A stretch of DNA of 52,911 nucleotides, filler included, from Asterionella formosa (GCA_002256025.1; 4 parts of 4 records of this genome joined end to end with filler, not necessarily neighbours in it); one strand, 5' to 3'. Counted from the first letter of the whole stretch, positions 27,391 through 39,772 are shown. Notes: generated from the sequence alone by a model not told the origin. Translations and numbers: made by a program.

Positions 27391-29322
27391 GACATCCTTG
27401 TTAAATAATCTATGCGGAGAAACTTTTTCCGGTGAAGAAGTATTTGAACTAATGTTAATGAAGACGAACATACAATTAATAAGATGGGATGGAATATTTG
27501 GAAAGTTAAATGTTCTATGTAATGAACTATTCACAGGCTTGTCGTCACCATCGGAGCTGCCGACAATCTAAGTAAAACAATATTCTATATGTGTTATGAA
27601 GAAAAAGAACGATTGAATGATCAGGAACAGACCATTATCATTACTACTTGGTTATCTGTATGAAAGATTGGACAAAAGATCCAAGATCCAACTGATCTGA
27701 AATAAGTGGAGTTGAATCGATTGTAAATCGATTTCTAGTTTTATAAGCTCACAATAAATAAGGAAGCAAAACGTTGCTGTCTACATTTGACTTGTCTAAG
27801 AGAAAGACTATGGCACACAGCGTGGTGTACAAACGTGTACTGCTACTGGTGTAAGGAATTTAACACAGTTTACCGGTTGGTCAATCACCATGATCCGAGA
27901 GCGCCAGCCGGACAAATAGGAGGCCCAACAAGGGAGAGATGTGATATCTCAACAACTTCGTAATATTGATCACAATTCTACCTGAAAATAAATCACGGCA
28001 GAAGACATATTTCACAATTTGACCATCGATTCCAACAATACCTACAATGCCTCAGTTCACCCGAAGACAACGAGAGCTGATGAGGGAGCTGCCTCTGTCC
28101 AAGCGTCCAGCATGGAGAGAGCGAAAGACTGCATTGACACACAGGGAAAAATTTCGAACTGCATTGACCCACTGACGGTATAAAAAACACGTTTTGTCAT
28201 GAAAAATCATTCATTTTCTATTTCTTAAGCTCCAGAATGAATCTTGTGCATATACCGGATGGAATGATACTGTTAGTTCTCAACCGATTGGACGTCGATC
28301 TTTCGTTAATTTGGGTCAAAAGTGGCGATCGGAAAAATGAAAAGCACGGATTATCCCAAGTTTGGAGTTCTTATCTTATTGAAATCTTGCTAAATGTGAG
28401 ACTCTAGAGGCTGCCTTGCTTTTATTGTTTCCCATGTCTTGTCTGCATACATGTTCTGTTTTATGGCCTTTTTGATGACAAGGTCATTGACAGCAGGCAC
28501 ATACCATTGTTGGATTTCCACTGTGGGTAATTACATTCCAAGTGAAAAGAAAATGTGGCATAAAATACTACATTGCCTTTTTTGCAGTAATAGTTAATGG
28601 AAGAATACTGGCCAAGTGTTTGGCTATCATCATTGTTTTCCCCAGGCTCCTCTGCACTAAACTCACAGCTTTTAGTACTATCATTGGCTATTTGCCATAA
28701 ACTCCCTGTACAACATCATAGAAATAAGTACATTTTTGTAAGCATGGGAATGTGTCAGTTCATTTACTCTCCTGGTGAACATTGCTTGTTGCCATGCTGA
28801 TGTTTAATTGTACTGATGTTCAAGTTTATTTTAATTTATGATGTTTTACCATTAGAATAATCCCTCAACATAACACAGCCAGAGCACCAGGTACAGAGGT
28901 GCAGGTACGAGTCGTACCCAAAAGTGCTCACCAGCTACACATGCGTTACCAGGTACCAGTACCAGTACTGTACCAGGTACCCTGGTATTGGTACCAGTAA
29001 AAAACTGCCATGACCCATTGAGTTAGGGTGTTTGTTTGACTTCTCCGACCAAAGGTAAATTCTGTCGAATTTCGGACCCATCTGTTCGATAGTGTCAGAA
29101 CAGCATCGATCACTCAAGCTGTTGTGTTGAAATTCTAATTGAACGATTACATCAGAAGATACGATGATAATAAAACAGCTAATAAGTGATTTCTATGGGT
29201 CATGGAAGTATATACTTTTTTCTGAAAAAAAAAATATAAGTTTATATACATTTTCGAGGACGGATTAGGTCATGTGTTAACGCACTTTTATTTCATTATA
29301 CCTTTTTACTAAAAACATATAT

Positions 29323-31974
29323 TCAAGATGCCGCACCTTCCACCATCATGATGCTCCTCCAACTTTCAAGTCCAATGGTCAGATCATTGCGATCCCATTG
29401 GCCACAGCATCACCTGCATCTTCAGCAGCATGCTGAGGATCAGGAAGCTGTGCTGCAGCAAGTGCATTTCGTGGAATCTGCTCCCCTCGATGGCAAGTGT
29501 CGATGTACCTTGCTTTGAAGCAGCTGTTGCCTTGTATTTGGTACTGGTGCATCACCCTCACGTTTATAACAAATTACAAGAGTTCTGAGTTCAGTCACAT
29601 TGTATGATTCAATCAGCTTTCCAGTTGCTCTTACAGCATCAACCTTGTCCACCATTTTTTTAAATCGAATATTTGCTCGCTTTTCCTTTTCGTCTTGTGC
29701 AAGCTGTTGTATTTTCATAACTTCTTTTGCATGATACCAAAGTTCTGGACCAAGTCGACAGTTACCAGCAGCAAAGTGTGTGTAGTCCAGCAGTAATCCT
29801 TTTGTGTTGATCTATTGCAGCCTGTGCTGTTTCCTTTCGTTTCCTTGCATGATCATCAGCATCTATTCCATTCCTTGCATCTTCTCTCTTGCAAAAGGCA
29901 AAAAAAATTTCTGTCAATGACCCAGAATATCCGTCTGTCAGATTCAGCATTTCAGGAGTTTCATTCGAGTTGGTTGTGGTTCCAGCAAGTGATGAATTGA
30001 GTTGAGTGCTTGTATTCTGTATTCCGCAGTGAGCAGAAGGTTATAGTTGAGAAGCCCCCATCCTCGTTCTGAGACTGCTTTCCTGTTTGTTCTTTTATTT
30101 GCAAAGCTTTTTTCCCAGGCAGTTGAAACAAGGGCAACAATGTCAGATTTCTCAATAGCAAAAGGCAAATCATGTTCAGTCTTTTTGGTAAGTTGGTCTC
30201 GCTTTGCAACTGTCAGTTCCATTTTGAAACTTCCATTCTGCTCCGACAAATCTCCGACTTGCCAGTAGGAGGTTCCATAAGGGACACCTATACACACACT
30301 CCATGGGGTCAAAGGGCTGTTGATATATTCGAGAAAGGAGCAATCGAATCTGGAGCCATGTCCATCTAGGATGAGGAAAGGGTTTATTCCATCACTGCGG
30401 TCAAACAATTCCAAAGAATCCATTTGGGCCAACATTTTCGCTCACCAAGAGTTCTGCAGTAATGCTTCCTGATTCCGAACAACAACACAAAGTGGGCACA
30501 TGCTTTCCATTTAACACACACAGTTCCCTGGGGAAATCGCTTTCCTTTGCCAGTGTTTAGGTTGAAGTTGTCATCATTGCCATGCCATTCCACAAACGGG
30601 TTAAGCCCCTGTACCCAACTAAGTTCAAGCTCTTTGGCAGCAAATATTATAGCACACATCACTGGAGTTCCTTTGGCAGCTGTAAATCCCAAGACTATAA
30701 AATGCGCATCCTTTATAGCACTTCGTTGTTGTGGTCTTGCCGCTGTTCCAATACATAACACTTTCTCACCCCCCCCCCTTCTGTCCATCTTTTGCCTGAC
30801 TGGTGTTACTTCCGACTTCATCAACAAATATGAGTTTGGTGGGATGCTTAAAAATGTACTTTGTTTTCATTCCCAGGGCTCCTTCCTCATTTGCAACAAC
30901 ATCTCCTGATTTATTCAACCACACTTCTTCATCCAGCTTTTCCGCAATACCCATCTTGGCCATTTCTTCATACGCATCTCTATACATCTGCTCAAAGTTC
31001 CTTAATGTGCACCAGTCAGCACGCTTCCCATCGAATTTGACACCTTTCTTTGCCATGACATGAAGCCAATTGCGACTCATGAATCCCCTCCAGTACCCTG
31101 ATCCCAGTGGTTTAGACAATGTTGGATCCTCTCTGAATGAAATGCAATGTTTCTGCCTCCACAGCACAATATTTTCCATGATGGATTTACCAGACACAAG
31201 TGAGTTAGCAAGTTCCAGTCCCTGCCAACATGTAATTGGGACTCGCATTTTGGAGAGTTGTTCAATCAGCACAAAAATGTATGGCTCAACTTCGAGCATT
31301 GGTGACGTTGAAGCTTCGTTTTTTCCCTGGGGGTTTTTGCGTTTTGCCTGAGATCTCACTGTTTCTATATTTATTTCAACTCCAGGAGGAATACCAGGCG
31401 CCTCTTTTCTCCCCCTCTGTGGCCGACTGGACAATGCATTCTTCGATATTCTTTGCATCGATGCTGATGCCATTTGAGTGGTTCCCTTTGTCCGGCCTCC
31501 AGTAAGTATGGTGGTCATGGGGACAATGACTGCAGGAACACCAACTGAAGCAGTAGTCATATTTGTAGAAAATAATTCAATACTATTAATAGCATTGATA
31601 TTATCATCTATTCCTGTCATGTTGTCATCCTCTTCTCTTGTCAAAAAAGATGTTCTACTACTTGAATAGTAAAATGAGCGCATATCTGCCTGAGAATCTC
31701 CTGATAGAATACCCATGTTGGGGACAGCACTAGCACCTGCCTTTCGTAACCAGTAGTCGAATTTTTTTTTGGTAAGCCAAGGAAAGTATACCTTCTGAGC
31801 CTTCACCATGTTGGAAATGGCTCCGTATGGGAGCTTTCCATTATTGCTCGCCTTGATTGCTTCAAGTTCTGTAACAATGCCAAGCATGTTGCGTTGAATA
31901 ACGACCTGAGCATAATGAAGTGCTTCTGTCTCCTTCTTGATGCTGGAAGATCGACTTTTTCTTGACTTCGGCAT
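29323..31974 (-). pseudogene. pogo/CENP-B-family DDD transposase, frameshifted (3' end approximate)
   Basis: Consecutive overlapping ORFs give LIFVDEVGSNTSQ, FIVLGFTAAKGTPVMCAIIF, PFLILDGHGSR and CIGVPYGTSYWQVGD. There are several frameshifts, one at a 10-nt G run (C10 at 30769-30778 on +). Confidence 0.87.
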
Positions 31975-32081
31975 GGTGGTGCTGGTTTGCGTGATAGCTG
32001 TTAACTGTTTTTCATGTTTTGTGGACTGACAGATACGTAGATATCAAAATCCTCAATCAGATATAGGCGCGCCCATATCAT

Positions 32082-32174
32082 TTGCCATCTCTGTACAATT
32101 CAATACCAAAACAAAATCTTTATTTACAGACGATACCATTGCCATCTCTGTACAACTCAATACCAAAACAAAAT
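32082..32174. repeat. Direct repeat, 36 bp x2 (period 57), upstream of the pogo transposase
   Basis: TTGCCATCTCTGTACAAYTCAATACCAAAACAAAAT at 32082 and 32139. Confidence 0.85.
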
Positions 32175-32669
32175 GATTATTGCTATAAATGTGGTTAACG
32201 TTCAGACACTAATTAAATCAATGAAAACGAAATATTTGTATATATCGTTGTATATTATATGACAATGAGAACTCCAAACTTTTCCTAATCCGTGTTCTCT
32301 ATGTTTTTTGGTCGATTCACTATTTCCGGCAATCTATTGAGATGAACAATTAACTCCAAATCTCAAAGAAAATACATAGCTGACTAGCCTACATGCTCGA
32401 GAAGGAGCCAGAACTCTCAGAACTTAAATTTACTTAAGGTTTGACAGCAAAACGTGTTATTCGGCGTTCAATGGGTCACGGCAGTTCAAAAATATTCTCG
32501 ATGGGTCATGGCAGTTTTTACTGGTACCACTACTCCACTACAAGGTACCCCTGGTTGAATTTCTTGGTCAATACCATTGCATACCGCAGGGGTCCACTGT
32601 ACCATTGGCAGATACTTGAATAATGATCACAATCCTATGATGCATCCTGGAAATATGATAGTTTTTATT

Positions 32670-34112
32670 TGCAGACGCAAACAAGTGGTTGATTAGTGTT
32701 TTGGACGAGTTCGTGAATTCGGTTAGAGAGAGGTTCTGGTTGTTTTAATCCATGCTCCATAATACATCTTTAGTCAGAGACAATCTGCTTTGGAAGGTCG
32801 CTCTACACAGACTAGGCAATTGGATTTTAGAAAGGCAGGGCGGAGAAGAATGCGGATCCTGTGCGATGGATTGGAAAGAAACCTTGGTTCTGGAATGTGT
32901 AGTGGAAGGCGTCATTTGTTGGGTTTTTTCCCATTCAATTTCCTTGGCCATTGAAAGTCAGACTGTAGATTTGATAATTCCTTATAGGACCATTTTGAGA
33001 CAGCTCGAATTGTAGAGTCATCATCCTAGATGATTGTAGAGTAGATAACATTGTATTTAGTAATGGCATCAACCATCATTTCCACACCCGCATCTGGTTC
33101 CATTGTTTTCGAACTTCCAGTTACGTGATTCTTGGAGCAAACATGATGTTTGATAGGTTTCTTGTGCCGTATAGCCCTATCGCACACATTACAGACCTTT
33201 GACTTTACTTGATAGTCTAGGATCTTTCTCGTCTAGCCACCAATACAGAATGCATGTCCACTTACGGAGTTGTATTTATTCCCACTGGATCGCTACTGCC
33301 ATCCCATATCATAAGTAATGGTGATTTGCAGCATATTGAGTACATACATGAGTTCTGTAACAGGTAGACTATTCCACCACTGGAAATCTCGTCTTTTGTC
33401 AGCCCAATCGCTGCGTTCACGCACATTCAGTGATTGATATATTTCCTCCCAACAAGCCTCTTCCATAGCAAGAGCAGTGGTTGCCACTTCCGCCTCACCA
33501 ACTTTCTTTTCTACCGCAGTAAAATTACCTTGGGTTGACCAAAATCCAACTGCAAGAGGTAAGTTCATTGAAGAATAAACAATGTCGACGTCACCAGGTC
33601 CCAATCCAGCTTCGTGACAAAGAATAAACTGCTGGTTGATTGCAAACTGTTTAGCTTCTTTTTTCTTTATCTTACCATGGTCTTCATCTTCTTTGTTGCA
33701 GCTTCTTGCAGATTCGAGTTTAGCAACCTGTTTTTGGCGGGTTAAACATGTTATTTTGACGGCACATGCCAACCCATAGGTCTCCAATGACACAACAATC
33801 AACGGTTGCATTACTGATTTTTCTAACAAGGCTTGTTCCAAGAAAGAATCACAGTTCTCTGCCATTGTAAGGTGGTACTAGGCACTATTGTTTTGTAGGT
33901 CAGTTACAAAGGCACAAACAGTTTGTTTACTATATTTGTCAACAAATGTACTAACACATGTTCTGCAAAACACCTTTTCTGATTGTTGCAGGAGGAGAAT
34001 GTTTGATTGTAGGACACCACCAATTCTGATTTTCGTCGTTGACTATATTCCGACGTCCATGACAACCAACTCCAATTTCTGCTAAAAGACGGCCACCACT
34101 GGAGCGCGGCAT
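32670..34112 (-). pseudogene. Kolobok/'Mutator-like' DDE transposase with in-frame stops
   Basis: Hand translation beyond ORF 33293-33865: ETYGLACAVKITC...FAINQQFIL...ITYDMGWQ*RSSGNKYNSVSGHAFCIGG*TRKILDYQVKSKVCNVC...HVCSKNHVTGSSKTME...TII*DDDSTIR. This gives two acidic catalytic motifs flanking a CxxC-H-C insert. Confidence 0.82.
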
Positions 34113-34168
34113 GTTGCTTTAGTTGTCTATGTTGTTTGTTTTTATTACTAATGTGTTAAATTAATAAA

Positions 34169-34762
34169 TTATAAACAACATTGACAAAATATTATAGAAA
34201 ACAAGAAGAGTGCATGCCACCTCACTTCTAGATGATGAGTTTGAAACAACATACATACTAGGTGCATTGATGTAAAATATTCTATTGAAGTGAATGAAAA
34301 AAATAAACTAAACTCATCACTACTAGATTTTGAACTTTTAGAAACAGGTTTGAAGCCAGTGTACCCTTTGTTGCGGTCCTTGCTTTTCAATAGGGATCGA
34401 ACCCCCTTCAAATAACAGTCAGGAAGTTCCATGTGAACACCTTTTCCCAATGGTCCACAGTAAACTCTGATTAAAACTTTGTAGAGAAGGTTGCGGGCTA
34501 TTGACGCCGTAATCTCTTCATCCTTCAGTTTGCTGAGAATGTTATCATCTTCCAAGAAATATTCCACCAACTCTTCGACTTCATCCCATCGGCACTGACA
34601 TTCAGGGCATCCAAAATCACAGCATTCGCAGAAGATGCGACTCTCACATCCCTCCAATTCCGACTCTACAATTAACCGGTCTTGACATGTTGGACAGGTA
34701 TCATGACTGTAGTTGAATGGGTCATCCCCCTTGTTCTCATGATGATGTGTAATTTCGCTCAT
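34169..34762 (-). CDS. Cys-rich protein resembling the P2X7 cytoplasmic ballast domain (KolX-like transposon accessory protein)
   Basis: N-terminal CPTC...CECC..GCPECQC. C-terminal ARNLLYKVLIRVYCGPLGKGVHMELPDCYLKGVRSLLKSKDRNKGYTGFKP follows the R..Y......G.LG.....LP.C....R......Y.GFK pattern. Confidence 0.7.
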   Translation of the reverse strand: MSEITHHHENKGDDPFNYSHDTCPTCQDRLIVESELEGCESRIFCECCDFGCPECQCRWDEVEELVEYFLEDDNILSKLKDEEITASIARNLLYKVLIRVYCGPLGKGVHMELPDCYLKGVRSLLKSKDRNKGYTGFKPVSKSSKSSSDEFSLFFSFTSIEYFTSMHLVCMLFQTHHLEVRWHALFLFSIIFCQCCL

Positions 34763-35212
34763 GGTTGAATGTTGCGTTTTTTTTGTTTCTTACCAGTATA
34801 GTCATGAAAGATAGCATTTGACATGCTGACACACATATGTTGATCGTATTATATGTATATATACATTCAGTGATGGAGGATGTTTACATATATATTTAGC
34901 GAATTCGAAAAGGAATCTATGTATGTCAGCGCAAATTTCCACTGATTTAATTATTTCAAATGGAATCACGTCATTCACAAATAGCTAATAAAATTCTTAA
35001 TTCCAGGGAATTTTGGCAACCCTAAGAAATATATTAATTTTTGCCTAGGGTTTCAAATGCAGCAACCTTAAGGTTGCGGCCCCGCAATTACACATCGCGA
35101 GGCCTTTTTTTCCAAAATAATTTTATCATGTACCTCAATCCACACAGTAGTTAAAGGAAAAGTTGACTTTTGCTAACGCCACCACTTTGCATATGCTTAG
35201 ATACAGTCATTC

Positions 35213-35470
35213 CTCGACTTTGGGGTATGATCTATATTCAGATATGTTGAGGACCTCATTTCTGGAGAGAAGTGGCAGCTTTCCCTCTTGGAATAGTAAC
35301 TATCCAAAAGATAGTCGAAAAGGGGGGCCATCAAGCCTTTTTAAAGAGGGGTAACTGCCACTTCTTTGCAGAAGTTAAATCCTGACCTTATAGGGTACAC
35401 GGCTAGGCTATCTATTTCATTCTTCATGAAACCACGTAGATGTAGAGCAATGCCCCTCCAAAAAGTCGAC
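35213..35470. repeat. Imperfect foldback inverted repeat, probably the subterminal region of a non-autonomous element
   Basis: 35261-35289 TCTGGAGAGAAGTGGCAGCTTTCCCTCTT pairs with 35344-35372 AAGAGGGGTAACTGCCACTTCTTTGCAGA. Outer arms TCGACTTTGGGG and CCCCTCCAAAAAGTCGA also pair imperfectly. Confidence 0.65.
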
Positions 35471-37571
35471 CCGATCGGCTTTTTCAACAGTCGCCAAAAT
35501 ATTTGAATCAGAATTTACACATGCAAAAATGTTCTCGTATACTTAGAGTCTTGCGTAGGTATGTTTTGCTGAATAATTCTCAGTCCGAAAAGACTCCAGG
35601 GTAAGTTCCTGTGTCACTACACATATTCTGATTGGTTGAATTGAAGTTATTCACCTGCTCCAGATTTTCTGAAATATCCCGGTCTAGTAAAATAAAGCCA
35701 GCCACACTTGAACCACACCTATTAGATGTTCTGAATACTGGTTGGTAAAATCAGTGCCAGTTAGCGGTAGTTTCATCCTGAATTCCATCATGATGAACCA
35801 AGATTATGTACTACCTGGTATTCCGAGTACCGACAGACTGTTACTCTCGGACTCTGGTACTGATTTACATACCGGCATATTCCTCTGTGTGTGGAGTGAT
35901 ATTGAGACTACATACAGCAACGTTGATTCAATATAAACGTATAAACACAAGTCATGGGCATACATGTTGGGATATTCTTAATTTATACATGTGTTTTCGC
36001 TTTGAGCAAATTTATGTCTACATCCAGCAACAAAGAAAAAGTATTAATGTTTAAATATCATTTTTTAAATGGAACTCTATCAATCTGGCCCCGATTCCTA
36101 TTTAATTCAAATATTCAAATGGACACTCGAATCATGGGAATTCTTCCGTGGTTTGTTTTGATCGCTTCCATTGTTGTTTGTCGTTACGCACTGTTGTTTT
36201 GTTTCGATTGTACATATCTACATAAGAACCAATGCATTTATCAATGACTACTCATTGAAGATGTGGTATTGTGCCGTTGTTGATCATATTTGTTGATTTG
36301 TATAGTTGTTGACAATGATGTAAATATTGCCACCAAGGAATGCTTTTCTTGTACTAACGCGCTTTGCTACGAAATTTCTACTACGAGTTCGTATCAGAAG
36401 CTACATGAATACTCAGCTAGAGAGAGTCAATAGCAGTGCTGGAGCAGCGTGGCGATCACGCTTGCTCAGAATGTAATGATCAGGTTTGCTTGTTTGGTGG
36501 GCAGTGGAGAGGAATGACTGTGGCGGAAATGGTTGCAGAAACCAGACCATTTAAGGTCTACATTGTATTCAGCTTTTTTTCTTCTTCTTTCAGTCTTCGA
36601 TTGTGTGGTGATGGAAAGTCAATGTTGCCTGGTGTGTAAGTACTACAATGATTCACAATGCATAGCTACGTCTCCATTGAAACTCTTATTTTTTATTTCA
36701 TTTCTAACCCAAAACAATTTTTTCTATTTCTCATTTGATGCTACTTATTACATCGCATTTCATACTTTGGTTGCTCCAAACATCATGTTCAATTTTCATT
36801 GATGTTGCATGTTACAATCATTCTCGTGTGTTTTACGCTTGTTGTACCATCTCTATGCATATTACCGTTATTTTGGTTGTCATGCTAAAATCGGCAATTT
36901 TATTGCCGAAAAATTCGATGTGCCCCATATTGCCCTTAAATAAAAATTACTTAAGAAATTACTTAGAGACTAAAAATTTCTTAAAAGTACCCGAATGGCA
37001 AGACGATAGCTGGAGCGGGAATTGCTATTACAGTGCGAGAAGGAGAAACAAGAATTACAATGTGCTAAACACCATTGACAAAAACAAAGAAAAGGAAAGA
37101 GAAATAAAGAAATCAACAATGAAGAAATTGCGCCAGAGCTGGTGTGCTGCTCAAAGCAATAAATTTTTTGAGATGACAAAGGCCATGATGACAAAGAGAA
37201 GAAAATAACAAAATCGATGAGTTGGAAGCCCTGGAATCACCAATTGTTATGGATACTTCAAATTGAACCACCGGAAGTGGGGCAAATATTGAAATCAATA
37301 ACCCAATCCACACTCACCATCCAATTCTCTGGCTGACATGAGAAGTGCAGTCATAGAGAACTGAACCAAGCTACCACAACTTTTTTGAACAACTTCCATA
37401 CAAGGAAATGGCTACCACCCAAACCTTTCCACTGTCCCACCTTATGTGGGCCATTGAGTGCAACGGCGGCAACTATAGAAATAGAATAGCAAGAATGCAC
37501 TATAAAAATGATTAATATATTATTCTAAATTCACTTTCCTCGAGATGTCATGAACACACATGTCAGAAATA

Positions 37572-39672
37572 CTAAGTGAAACTCCCATTGGCGAAACTAC
37601 ATTTCGAAGCATTTGCAACAGAACAGCACTTATCGTAGGCCGTTTGATTGTAGCCGGAGGGACAGACCTCGGGAACCAAAATGGGCGGTGATTGCTGACA
37701 GTATGCCGCGTTAGTTGATGATGCCGTACAATTGGCAACAACTTCTAGCCATGTGCCGTAACTACCCACTGGTAGTAATACGCCACCCCTTTCAAATCGC
37801 TGGATCGCAAAACCATTACCCCATTGACCAACATCTGTGAACTTAGGCAAAAACCATGTTGGTGCCCCGACGTAGTCCTTGGGAGTTTGGATGACTCTGA
37901 TGGTCAACAAGCCAGTTGGACTGAAGTAATAGGTGTTTCCGACGGACTTACGCACTGCGGTAATTGAGTTGACAGGTTTGAAAACTTCTTTACAAGAGTA
38001 TTGCGCGCTGGGAGAACACCAGGTTGGAGCATTTGCAGTAATTGTAAAGTTTGTGCCAATCGGATATGCAATACTTAAAAGCATCGGAGTATCTGGACGA
38101 ACTTCAACCGACTTGACAACGAGTCTTTTCGGTGCCCCTGCTGTGAGCTTGAGAAGCCATGAGTAGCCTCCAACAGGTCCAGCAACATCGGCGCTAGCAG
38201 TGATAGGGAGACCATTGTCCAAAGAAAACTTCTTTCCCATATGCTTAAGGTATCCCAAAGGAGGGCAAGGTAGACCGTTGCCATTTCCACAAACAGTTTT
38301 GCCGACTTGGTTATGCTGAGCAGCATCAAAATACAAGGTCAATGAACCAAGTCCCCTTTCCTTCGTCTGTTTAATGAACTTCAATGGTCCTTGGGTGTCA
38401 TGGACAACTAAAGCAACAAGACCATGAGAGGACTAAAATTGAAGACACACTTTCATGCTCAACACAAACACATACCTTCATTGTCAACAGTCCACCAAAG
38501 TCCAGCTCCTACCAAGCCGGATCCAATGAGAGTCGGCACACGAAGCCCACTGACAGTGCCATCAGAGTCTAGCCAGTTTTGTGTTCGACCACTGACACTC
38601 AAAAACTTACCCCAATTGTCTAAGCTGAACCGGCGCCCACATTGCTCAAAAGTTATATTTTTTGTCGCTTGCATGATCTCGGGATTAAATTGATCCGAGT
38701 GGGTAAGGAACCCAAACACATACGATGAGCTTGCACATCCAGTATTCACATCAGGGCCACAACCACGAGTGGTGGTATTGTCATACTGGTTATATTGCTG
38801 CGAACGATATCCACAATTACGAAACAACGAATTTGTTATGATATGCTCCTGGCCCGTATCATACCAAGTAAATCCGTTACCGGGCATCCAAGTAGTAAAG
38901 GCACCCGTGGGGAGTGCAAGTTTGGTTCCTGTTCGACACACAACCAGCATATTATTGATCCAGAACCCAGATTCCAGTGCTTCAATGGAAAGGCCAACAT
39001 CATGTGCTTCAAAACCAACAATCTCCAAACGACCGGACCAAGAGTTTAAACCCACACTAGGAGCCAAAAACGCTTTGGTATTTGTCATTCTAATCCACGA
39101 CTGCTCATACTCCGGACACCACCCACCACAGTCACCAGAGGAACACAAGTCTCGCAAGCATGTGTTCCGTCCATGATTACCAGAGGCACGACCAGGGTTG
39201 TATTCGAGAACGCCTAGATCATTATAATAGAGAGCTCCACCAAAATAGAAGGCACCCGCATGATACCACCACCAGCCAGTACTGTGGGCCGTGTTCCCAT
39301 TAATTGTCAAAGGCAATGCAGACGAGGGTCTCATATAGATATCTTTGTGAGGACCAAGAGGAGTAGGAAGGTTCGGGAACGCAAATCCAGACCAGCCACC
39401 AGAAGCAGCATTGCCAATAATATTGTTGCGAACATTGGTGATGTAAAAACCAGCGGCTGTGACATCAGCAGGGAGAGTTAGGATATCACTCTGTTGATAT
39501 ACCTTGGTTGTTTGTCCCCAACCCCAAGGTGGTTCTGGTCCCAAAAGATGAATATGAGCAGCCAGGTTGAATGAAATGGTATTGTGATGCTCCACACCGT
39601 CCTCAAGATAATAGCAGTAGCCAGTAACATCGAAAGCAACATTCTCGTTCACGTTAAGGTAATTTGTACCAT
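37572..39672 (-). CDS. TMEM2/CEMIP/fibrocystin-like (G8-associated) beta-helix protein, 5'-truncated by a gap; exons >39672-38476 and 38407-37572
   Basis: NVAFDVTGYCYYLEDGVEHHNTISFNLA, AAGFYITN..NNIIGNAASGG..GF and GNTAHS are the PbH1 repeats typical of this family. A 68-nt GT-AG intron (38408-38475) joins the two ORFs. Confidence 0.82.
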
Positions 39673-39772
39673 NNNNNNNNNNNNNNNNNNNNNNNNNNNN
39701 NNNNNNNNNNNNNNNNTTAATTAATTAANNNNNNNNNNNNNNNNNNNNNNNNNNNNNNNNNNNNNNNNNNNN
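39673..39772. other. Assembly gap with artificial linker
   Basis: 44 N + TTAATTAATTAA + 44 N. Confidence 0.95.

Larger units (their letters stand above)
28994..32524 (-). mobile_element. pogo-like (Tc1/mariner superfamily) DNA transposon, 3531 bp, with TIRs and TA flanks
   Basis: Left end TA|CCAGTAAAAAACTGCCATGACCCATTGAG (28994-29022). Right end CTCGATGGGTCATGGCAGTTTTTACTGG|TA (32497-32524). Encloses a DDD transposase. Confidence 0.9.
32670..35067 (-). mobile_element. Kolobok-like DNA transposon (accessory ORF plus decayed DDE transposase), one terminus visible
   Basis: Minus-strand 5' end reads TTAA|GGTTGCTGC (TTAA at 35068-35071). It is followed by a Cys-rich ORF and then a transposase pseudogene in the same orientation. 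The other end was not found. Confidence 0.65.

Noticed and set aside
30766..30827. Programmed frameshift at the G10 run of the pogo transposase
   Set aside because: Several other frameshifts disrupt the gene; slippage mutation or a homopolymer sequencing error is more parsimonious.
33020..33296. Three successive in-frame TAG codons in the Kolobok transposase, suggesting readthrough or a variant code
   Set aside because: The same pseudogene also has TGA stops and frameshifts, and host genes in this window terminate with TAG, so ordinary decay explains it.
36300..37260. Cys-rich and Lys-rich short ORFs next to the transposon nest
   Set aside because: Fragmentary and AT-rich, with no recognisable motif to support a gene call.
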